A stretch of DNA of 64,000 nucleotides, taken from the IMG/VR virus record IMGVR_UViG_2934965791_000001, positions 1 to 64,000 of that record, one strand, 5' to 3'. The position numbers were made by a program, and so were the translations under genes. This stretch comes from a virus. Taxonomy: Duplodnaviria > Caudoviricetes. This document shows, in pieces, positions 57,382 through 64,000 of this stretch. Each line of letters starts with the position of its first letter. The stretch's first letter is position 1. The notes beneath the pieces are model-generated. The model was not told the DNA's origin and made no database searches. It saw only the letters and a list, made by a program, of their open reading frames with translations.

Positions 57382-57452
57382 CAGGATCGGCAGGAATCGA
57401 ACCTGCACTTGCGGTTTTGGAGACCGCTGCTATCCCGTTGAGCTACGACCCC
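57382..57452 (-). tRNA. tRNA-Trp (CCA), phage-encoded
   Basis: GGGGTCG-TAGCTCAACGGGATAGCA-GCGGT-CTCCAAA-ACCGC-AAGT-GCAGG-TTCGATT-CCTGC-CGATCCT-G. Full cloverleaf; 3' CCA not encoded. Confidence 0.9.
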
Positions 57453-57499
57453 ATGAGGGCGGGCCCCGGCCGAGGAGTCGGCGGCCGGGGCCCGCGGGG

Positions 57500-57829
57500 T
57501 CAGCCCTGGGCGGGAGCCGTGGACGGCTCGACCTGCTCCGGGGCCGGGGTCGGGTCGGCGGCGTCGACGGCAGCCTTGATCTCCCCGACGACCTTGCCGA
57601 GTTCGGCGATGACCGCGGTGACGACCTCGTCCTTCACCTTGTCCAGCTCGGGGACGAGCGTGGCGACCAGGCTCTTGACGAACGCGTCGAGTTCATCGCG
57701 GCCGCCGCCGATCAGGTGGCCGAACTTGTCCTTGACCTCGTCGACCAGGTCGCGGAACCGGCCAGCGAGGTTGTGTCCCTCGTCCTCCAGGTCGGTGACG
57801 ACGTGCTCGAACTCGTCGATGAGCGACAT
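57500..57829 (-). CDS. Amphipathic helical hypothetical protein
   Basis: GGAGG RBS; MSLIDEFEHV... Confidence 0.7.
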   Translation of the reverse strand: MSLIDEFEHVVTDLEDEGHNLAGRFRDLVDEVKDKFGHLIGGGRDELDAFVKSLVATLVPELDKVKDEVVTAVIAELGKVVGEIKAAVDAADPTPAPEQVEPSTAPAQG

Positions 57830-57876
57830 GCGGGTGCCTCCGGTGGCGATACGGGGTGGGGTGGTGGGGAGGGGTC

Positions 57877-58068
57877 CTACGCGCACCGGGCGCAGGGGAG
57901 CTTGCGGTGATGCCGCTCGCAGCTGTCGTCACGGGCCGGCTCGTACCGCGGGGCGGTGCCGAGGAAGCCGTGCATGGCCGCGGTCTGTTGACGGGCGGTG
58001 CGACGGGATACGGCGCGACGCTCGGCGCGGGTTCCGCGCGGCTTGTATCCGACGGGAAGGGACGGCAT
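57877..58068 (-). CDS. Small basic protein with C-x2-H..C-x2-C motif
   Basis: GGGAG RBS; CERHHRKLPCARC. Confidence 0.5.
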   Translation of the reverse strand: MPSLPVGYKPRGTRAERRAVSRRTARQQTAAMHGFLGTAPRYEPARDDSCERHHRKLPCARCA

Positions 58069-58193
58069 GAGTAGCTCCCGGGGAGGGGTGAGGGGATGCC
58101 GGCCGCCGCGCACCCCTCAATGCGTGACGGCCGGCAGCAGAAGACCCCGCCGGAAACGTTCGTCCGCGCGGGGTCTGTTCGGGGGGCCGGCGG

Positions 58194-58394
58194 TCAGACG
58201 CCGGCGAGGAGGGGGGTGCGCTTCGGGGGCACCTTCACGGCGCCGGTGGCGACGTCGCGCACTTCGAGGTAGTCGTATCGGCCGCCGTAGGAGGTGATGC
58301 GGCCCTCGGCCGCCCAGCGGGTAACCGTGCCCTTCGGCTTGCCGATGAGGTGGGCGATGTCCGACGGGGAAAGAAGGACGGGGCGGTACGTCAT
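58194..58394 (-). CDS. Small MerR/Xis-like HTH protein
   Basis: DIAHLIGKPKGTVTRWAAEGRI..RYD..EV; GGAGG RBS; at the head of the late operon. Confidence 0.75.
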   Translation of the reverse strand: MTYRPVLLSPSDIAHLIGKPKGTVTRWAAEGRITSYGGRYDYLEVRDVATGAVKVPPKRTPLLAGV

Positions 58395-58421
58395 CGGCGG
58401 TGCTGCCTCCCAGAAACGCCG

Positions 58422-58448
58422 AAGGGCCGCCCGGCGGGGGCGGCCCTT
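58422..58448. terminator. Hairpin separating the PKS block from the late operon
   Basis: AAGGGCCGCCC / GGGCGGCCCTT. Confidence 0.55.
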
Positions 58449-58514
58449 TCGACAACATTCTCAAGACTGGCAGGACTATGACTCACTCAGGCCGGTGAAG
58501 TCAAATCGGTGTCG

Positions 58515-59180
58515 CTACACGGCGACGGGGGCGCCGTCAGCCGGGGCGTGGCAGCCATGGCCGTGGCCGTGGTGCTGGCCCTGGTGGTTCCTATCGTGGT
58601 CGTGGTGGTGCCGGCCTCCGCCATCGTGCCCGTGACCGGCGCCCGGCGTGCCCGGCCTGCGGTGCCGGCCGTCCGGGCGCTTCCACTCGTCGCGGTCGCC
58701 CTTGTCCTCCGCCGCCGGCTTGTCCGGCCTGCGGTGCTTGCCAGTGCCCGGGTCCGCCGGCGTGACGGTGAAAGTGTGCACCTGGACCGGCTTGACGGCC
58801 GGCTCCCAGCTGCCGGCGGCCGTCCGGGTCTTCGGCTCGTCCGCCGTCGTGGTGAGGGTGTCCACGGCGGCCGGCGGCTCCGGGTCAGCCTCGGTGGGGT
58901 CGCGGGACTTGTCGGGGCTCCCGTACACGGCCTCCGCCCGGCCCGTGCACAGACCCAAGATGGCCGCGAGGGCGCCGAGGGCCAGGAGGGCGCGCATGGT
59001 CACGCTGCCGGTGACCGGGAGCGGCCTGGGCGCGGCATGCCTACCCGCCGCCGGCTCGGCCGGCAGTTCGACGTCCGCGACTCGGATCGTCAGAGTCGAC
59101 GCGTCGTCAGTGACGAGCGTCAGATGGGAGGCGCCGCGGCGGCTGTTGCGGAGTCGCGGGGTTGCTCCGTCGGTAGACAT
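58515..59180 (-). CDS. Membrane-anchored or secreted protein with His-rich tail
   Basis: Hydrophobic segment ALLALGALAAILGL; C-terminal GHGHDGGGRHHHDHDRNHQGQHHGHGH. Confidence 0.6.
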   Translation of the reverse strand: MSTDGATPRLRNSRRGASHLTLVTDDASTLTIRVADVELPAEPAAGRHAAPRPLPVTGSVTMRALLALGALAAILGLCTGRAEAVYGSPDKSRDPTEADPEPPAAVDTLTTTADEPKTRTAAGSWEPAVKPVQVHTFTVTPADPGTGKHRRPDKPAAEDKGDRDEWKRPDGRHRRPGTPGAGHGHDGGGRHHHDHDRNHQGQHHGHGHGCHAPADGAPVAV

Positions 59181-59234
59181 CGGAGAGCGGTCCTCACGGG
59201 CCAGGCGCCTGCGCGCGGTTGAGAGGGGAGGGTG

Positions 59235-60305
59235 TTAGATCCAGGCGCCGTAGACGCCAGCGGCCGTGAATCCGGGGCCGAAGGCGATGAGGGCGCCGGG
59301 CGATCCGGGGGCGGGAGGATCGTCGTGGGTACGGGCAAGCACGTCCAGGACTGCGGTGCCGCCAAGGTTGCCGTTCTCTGCGAGTGAGGCGTGCGAGTAC
59401 CGGCCGGCTTTCTCCGCGAGGCCGATGCTGGTTACGACGTCGTCGATGATGCGCGGGCCGCCGGGGTGGACGATCGCCCACTCGGGCCGGCGTTTGCCGA
59501 GCCAGTCGGTGATGTAGGGGACGGCGTCGGTAGCCGCGGCGGCCGCCTTCCGGGTCGAGTCGAAGTGCAGGCCCTCGTCGTCGATGGTGCCCCAGTAGCG
59601 GTCACGCGAGTTGGGCATGACAAGTTCGAGTGGGTCGAGGGCGACGAACCCCGTCGGCAGGTCGGCGGAGGTCTCGTCGGTGAGGCCGGTGACGACGGCC
59701 GCGCCGGCGGAGTCACCGAACAGCGCGCGGTACATCATCGACTGCGGCGTGGTCTCCGACTCGTGGTAGATGGTCGACAGGGTCTCAGCGACGACGACGA
59801 GGACGCGGGCGCCGGGCCGGGCAAGGGTGTGCCACAGAGCGTGGACGAGGCTCTGGGCGCCGCCGACGCAGGCGAGGGTGGACAGCCCTATGCGGGTCAC
59901 GGTCGGGCGGAGACCGAGACGCTCGATGAGGTGCACGTCCATGCCGGGCACGGTCCAGCTTGTGGTGTGGCTGGTGACGATGGCGTCGACGTCGCCGGGG
60001 TCGAGACCGGCGACGTCGAGCGCGTCGCGGGCGGCGGACTCGGCGAGGTCGAGAGCGTCGCCGAACGCCACCCCCGCGCGGTGTCCCACGCTCGACGGGG
60101 CGGTGGCCTCCTGAAGGGGCCGGGTCCAGTACCGCTGTTCCACGCCGGTGTTGCGGATGAGGCGTTTCCACAGGCCGAGGCGCGGGTGCGGCTTCGTCGG
60201 GTCGTCGGCGTCCCGGCAGGTGGCGGCGATGTGGTCGAGGAGGGCATCGGTGGTGACGCGGTGGGCGGCGAGCCGTATGACGGGTCTACCGATGTGCGCA
60301 GGCAC
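59235..60305 (-). CDS. Type III polyketide synthase (germicidin/violapyrone synthase-like)
   Basis: Cys-His-Asn triad: TLACVGG, HPGG, NGNLG; also LFGD and FGPG; GGAGG RBS. Confidence 0.92.
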   Translation of the reverse strand: MPAHIGRPVIRLAAHRVTTDALLDHIAATCRDADDPTKPHPRLGLWKRLIRNTGVEQRYWTRPLQEATAPSSVGHRAGVAFGDALDLAESAARDALDVAGLDPGDVDAIVTSHTTSWTVPGMDVHLIERLGLRPTVTRIGLSTLACVGGAQSLVHALWHTLARPGARVLVVVAETLSTIYHESETTPQSMMYRALFGDSAGAAVVTGLTDETSADLPTGFVALDPLELVMPNSRDRYWGTIDDEGLHFDSTRKAAAAATDAVPYITDWLGKRRPEWAIVHPGGPRIIDDVVTSIGLAEKAGRYSHASLAENGNLGGTAVLDVLARTHDDPPAPGSPGALIAFGPGFTAAGVYGAWI

Positions 60306-60397
60306 GGGTACCTCCAGCGGGCGTGTGTGGTGGGGCGTAGAGATCAGAGGGCCGCGGGCAGAATCGGGGGCTGCCCGGCGGCTGGTGTCGCGGCGGG

Positions 60398-61243
60398 TTA
60401 CGAACCGCCGTAGCGGGCGCGGAGCGGCGGGCGAGTGTCCGGCCGTTCAGGGCCCGGGTCGAAGATCATGAGCATGGTCACGAACCGGGGGGACGACCTC
60501 GGTATCGAGGTGTGCAGGGTCATCCACCCGGGGCCCTCCTCCGGGTGATTGAACGGCCGGGTGGCGCCGTCGGGGTGTACGAAGATCGGCCCGAAGTCCT
60601 GGTAGATGGGGCCGGCCTCCTCGTCGGCGAGGATCTGCCGCTCCAGGTTGATGAGGTATTCGTCATCCGGGTGCGCGGCCCGGGCGGCCCAGACGTGCGG
60701 GGCGACGAACGGCGCCCACGAGTTCTTCCAGTCGCCGAGGATGTACCGGGCGTCCGGGGAGAGCAGCATCCACTCCATCGTGTTCGGGGGGACCCGATGG
60801 CCGGGGAAGATGCGCGGGAGGTGGACGTTGTGGGCGACGACCTCCCAGCGGTGGTTGGTGAGGTAGGCAGGGTGCGGCTGGCCGTCGAGGACCCGGGACC
60901 AGGATGCGGGGATCTCCTCGTCGGTGTCCGGGCGGAGCGGGTACGGAGGGTCGCGGCGCCAGGTCATGTTCCACAGCCACACCCACTCGTGCGGGTTGAG
61001 GTCGAACAGCTCACCGACGCCCTTGAGGACGTGTTCGGGGGCGTTGGGCAGGCGTCCGTTCTCCAGGCGCTCGTACGTGCCGCGGCCCACGCTGAGGATG
61101 TCGTCGACCTGGGTCTGCGACAGGCCTCCGCCGGCCGGGCGGCGCCCCGCGCTGCGCGTGAAGCCGTAGTCGCTGGGATTGAGTTCGGCCCTGCGCCGCT
61201 GGAGCAGGATCCGAAGCCCCTCCTTGAGGGCACCCTGTTGCAC
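60398..61243 (-). CDS. MmyB-family XRE HTH regulator with PAS-like ligand-binding domain
   Basis: RRAELNP..GLSQ..YERLENG; HPAYLTNHRWEVVAHN; FNHPEEG. Confidence 0.9.
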   Translation of the reverse strand: MQQGALKEGLRILLQRRRAELNPSDYGFTRSAGRRPAGGGLSQTQVDDILSVGRGTYERLENGRLPNAPEHVLKGVGELFDLNPHEWVWLWNMTWRRDPPYPLRPDTDEEIPASWSRVLDGQPHPAYLTNHRWEVVAHNVHLPRIFPGHRVPPNTMEWMLLSPDARYILGDWKNSWAPFVAPHVWAARAAHPDDEYLINLERQILADEEAGPIYQDFGPIFVHPDGATRPFNHPEEGPGWMTLHTSIPRSSPRFVTMLMIFDPGPERPDTRPPLRARYGGS

Positions 61244-61640
61244 TGTCGTTCTCCCGAGATCAATCTGAGCCGAGGCTCATCATCACTGATTTCCGGCTGG
61301 CATATGCCTGCGAGATTTGCAGGCAAATACCGTCGAGGGCCTGCGGTCAGCTCTGTGTGATCGCTACGACTCCGCTCCGCGCGGTGTTCACGCAGGCCCG
61401 GGAGCCACTTTCGGGCAACCCGGGCGAGAGCTGGGCTCTCGGATATCGCGGCGGTCGATAGCGGCACCCGGCAAGGGCGTCCACTTCGCCGATCATTGCG
61501 ATTTGAACAGTCTACGCGCGTTGCTAGTGATCATTTACTGACGCCTTTTTAGGTGTCCTTTACATTCGCCGCTCCCATAAGTGCGACGGGCGCCTAGAAG
61601 GACCCCCGAAAAGTGAGCGTTTCTCACGTCCCGGGGACTG

Positions 61641-62090
61641 TCACCGCTGCACCTTCGCCGTCGCGGCCGTGGTGATCGTGGGGTTCACCTGAACGTCGAC
61701 ACGGATGCTGCCCCCTCCTCCCCCACGACCGCCGCGGCCGCGCGCCAGTACGCCGCCGACGACCATGCAGCCGAGGAGCAGACCGAGCCCGGTCTCCGCC
61801 GCGGCAAGGGCATCGAGGAGAAACGATCCGCCTACCCCGAGGCCGACGGCGAGGACGCCGCCGGCCGCCATCTTCTGCGCGGTCGGGTCGATGCCGCGCC
61901 GCTCGACGACGGCCGGCGCCGGCGCGTCGGGGGCGGCCGCCATCGCGTACCCGGTCACGACGCGGCCGTCGGGCAGCAAGACGGACTGAACCGCCGGTAC
62001 GCCGGCGGCGGCGTACGGGACGACGGCGCCGGCGGCCGGCGCCGAGTAGACGACGGCCGGCACGGCGGCCTGCTGCTGCTCGGGGATCAC
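61641..62090 (-). CDS. Two-TM membrane protein, Spd-like spreading protein
   Basis: Gly/Ala-rich TM hairpin; GTGA-coupled to traB. Confidence 0.6.
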   Translation of the reverse strand: MIPEQQQAAVPAVVYSAPAAGAVVPYAAAGVPAVQSVLLPDGRVVTGYAMAAAPDAPAPAVVERRGIDPTAQKMAAGGVLAVGLGVGGSFLLDALAAAETGLGLLLGCMVVGGVLARGRGGRGGGGGSIRVDVQVNPTITTAATAKVQR

Positions 62091-63991
62091 TGGTGCTCCT
62101 TGGGGTCGTTCGCGTAGTACCGGGTGGAGCGGCCGTCACGGCGGCCGGCGACGCCGTGCTTCTCCCACTCCTCGATCGCGCGCGTGGCCGTGTCGCGGGA
62201 GATCCCGCAGGCCGCGGCGAGTTCCTTCTTCGTGGCCGATCCGAGTGCCTGGAACTGCTCCCACAGGTCCGGCCACTGCCCGGGCTGGACGTGGTCGCCG
62301 TTCGGGAACCGCAGGGGTGCGAACTGCTCCACCCACGGCTCATCCGTGATGGCCGGCTGCTGCTCGGTGTCCGCCTTCTCCGAGTAGTAGAAGCCGACGT
62401 CGTCAGCGATATCGAGGTCGGAGACGTACTCGGCCCGGTACACCTTCGGCTCGGTCAGCTCCGGCGTCTGGAGCATGAACTTGCCGGGCAGGTCAAGCGT
62501 CTCCGGCCGCCAGCCCTTCGTCTGGCAGCCGGCCCCGAACACGAACGGGGCGTGGCCGGACTCGCCGGCGCGGGTGGACAGGCGGTTGGCGTAGTTACCC
62601 CGTGCGTCGGTCGACCCGCCGAAGACCTTCCGCGACGGCTGCTGGGTGGCACTGACGAAGTGGATGGCCAGGAACCGGGCGATGGCCAACAGGGACTCGT
62701 ACAGGGCGGCAAGCTCGGGATCCTGACGGACGAGTTCGCCCAGCTCGTCGCAGAACACGAAGATGGCCTTGCCGTGGACGCCCGGCACCCACTTGCGGAC
62801 CGGGCCCTTACCCTCCGCCATGCGTTTGCGGGTCAGCTCGGCGAGGATCTCGCCGCGCCGGTCGCACTCGCTGCGGATCCACATCAGCAGCGCGCGGGCC
62901 TGCTCCGGGGTCTTAGCCACGGGGGCGGCCATGACCGGCTCCCACGGGCCCAGCTCGGGCGCGCCGGGCTTCATGTCGATGCCGTACAGGTCGGCGTCGA
63001 GGCACCGGTTCAGCCGCTTGATGATCAGGTTGACGATGCCGGACTTCCCCCAGTCCGAGGCGCCGGCGATCAGGGTGTGCCGGTACATGAGGGTGAGGTG
63101 GACCGGCTTGCCATCCTCGTCGGCGCCGAGGAGCACGGGCTCCCGGCAGGTGGTCACCCCGGTCTCGGTCAGCGGCAGCGTGCCGGCGAGCGCGTCCACG
63201 GTGGACAGCTTCACGACCAGCTGATTGTCGGCCGGGCCCTGGGCGAGGGTGAGTTTGCCCGGCATGCCGAGGTTCGCGGCCAGCTGGACCCGCCGGGCGA
63301 TGATCGCGGCCGGCGCGGTGGTCTTACCCGGGGGCATGGCCACGATCGCGGACCAGCCGTGTTCGTTGCGGTGGAACGCCATGACGTCCTGCGGGGCCGC
63401 GCCGGTGAGGGCGTGGATGGCGCGGCGGAGCGCGGTCTCCTCCGGGGACGCTCCGATCAGGCCCGGGTCAGCAGCCTCCAGCCCGAGGGCGTTGGGCAGG
63501 GCGCCCTTCGCCTTGACGGTGTCGATGTTCAGCTTCATGCGGGCGTTGCGCTGCGCGGTCAGCCATGGCCCGTAGATCCAGTACGTCAGGCCGGTGGTCA
63601 GGGCCCACGCGGTCGCCGACTCGGGACCGGGGCCGAACGCGGTCGCGGTGGCTATGTCGCCCAGAGCCACGGTGAGGCCGGCCGCGGCCTGCGTGACCGG
63701 GGCGTTCTTGTGCTTGAGGCCGAGCACGGCCGCGGTCGCGGCGACGCCGGCGAGCGCCCCGTACGACAAGGTCGGGCCGATGCCCTCCTGCCACCAGCCG
63801 AGCAGGGACAGAGTGGAGGTGCCGGCCACGGGTGCCAGTTCGTAGCGGCGGCGGGAGACCCAGTCACGGGTGTGCACCAGCCAGCCGACGCAGCGCACCA
63901 CGAGGGGCCTAGATGACGACGACGATGACGACGACGACGCAAAACCCCTGGTCAGACGGTACGTCGTCGCGTCGGCCGTCTTCGTCGTCAT
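62087..63991 (-). CDS. traB: FtsK/SpoIIIE-family conjugative DNA translocase (TraB-like)
   Basis: N-terminal TM segments; Walker A HTLIAGASDWGKS, IDMKPG, Walker B FVFCDE, ATQQPS; C-terminal wHTH (ATKKELAAACGISRDTATRAI). Confidence 0.88.
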   Translation of the reverse strand: MTTKTADATTYRLTRGFASSSSSSSSSRPLVVRCVGWLVHTRDWVSRRRYELAPVAGTSTLSLLGWWQEGIGPTLSYGALAGVAATAAVLGLKHKNAPVTQAAAGLTVALGDIATATAFGPGPESATAWALTTGLTYWIYGPWLTAQRNARMKLNIDTVKAKGALPNALGLEAADPGLIGASPEETALRRAIHALTGAAPQDVMAFHRNEHGWSAIVAMPPGKTTAPAAIIARRVQLAANLGMPGKLTLAQGPADNQLVVKLSTVDALAGTLPLTETGVTTCREPVLLGADEDGKPVHLTLMYRHTLIAGASDWGKSGIVNLIIKRLNRCLDADLYGIDMKPGAPELGPWEPVMAAPVAKTPEQARALLMWIRSECDRRGEILAELTRKRMAEGKGPVRKWVPGVHGKAIFVFCDELGELVRQDPELAALYESLLAIARFLAIHFVSATQQPSRKVFGGSTDARGNYANRLSTRAGESGHAPFVFGAGCQTKGWRPETLDLPGKFMLQTPELTEPKVYRAEYVSDLDIADDVGFYYSEKADTEQQPAITDEPWVEQFAPLRFPNGDHVQPGQWPDLWEQFQALGSATKKELAAACGISRDTATRAIEEWEKHGVAGRRDGRSTRYYANDPKEHQ

Positions 63992-64000
63992 CGGCTCGGG

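Larger units (their letters stand above)
1036..64000. mobile_element. Integrated temperate siphovirus-type prophage with additional AICE/plasmid-type genes; right boundary outside the window
   Basis: att fragment plus integrase/repressor/xis at the left, complete head-tail-lysis module at 25.3-55.3 kb, TraB-like gene at the right edge. No second tRNA(CAT) copy seen. Confidence 0.85.

Noticed and set aside
57382-57452. tRNA-Trp as the right attachment site
   Set aside because: Different isotype and sequence from the 1036-1080 core, and embedded within co-oriented phage genes.
61244-61640. clt locus (8-bp TraB repeats) downstream of traB/spd
   Set aside because: Region is AT-richer and promoter-like, but I could not see a direct-repeat array.
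63912-63939. (GAC)n microsatellite as a phase-variation switch in traB
   Set aside because: Triplet repeat encoding poly-Ser; length changes would keep the frame.

Overview
High-GC actinomycete DNA; gene content and TTA usage fit Streptomyces. A decayed TPP-dependent decarboxylase (1-740) is followed by the 3' half of a tRNA(CAT), read as an att site (1036-1080). From there a large integrated element runs off the right edge. Its left arm carries a tyrosine integrase, XRE repressor, excisionase, a HTH/Zn-finger replication-type protein and an early operon (WhiB, Rad52-like annealase). An accessory block follows: an ATP-grasp + PIMT RiPP cluster, a JmjC oxygenase, a TTA-containing XRE-TPR/HATPase cassette, a GNAT and a HEPN-like gene. 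A second, Cre-type tyrosine recombinase sits just downstream of a 13-8-13 loxP-like site. A full siphovirus late region on the minus strand includes lysis, tail, capsid, a portal-NUDIX-MuF fusion, terminase, a ParB-methyltransferase and tRNA-Trp. The right end has a type III PKS with an MmyB-type regulator and an FtsK/TraB DNA translocase. Best leads: (i) a candidate new Cre/lox-type pair, (ii) a possible phage/conjugative-element hybrid, (iii) a possible small-molecule synthase/sensor module. All calls come from motif recognition by eye; no searches were run, and start codons were chosen from RBS and gene-overlap evidence.
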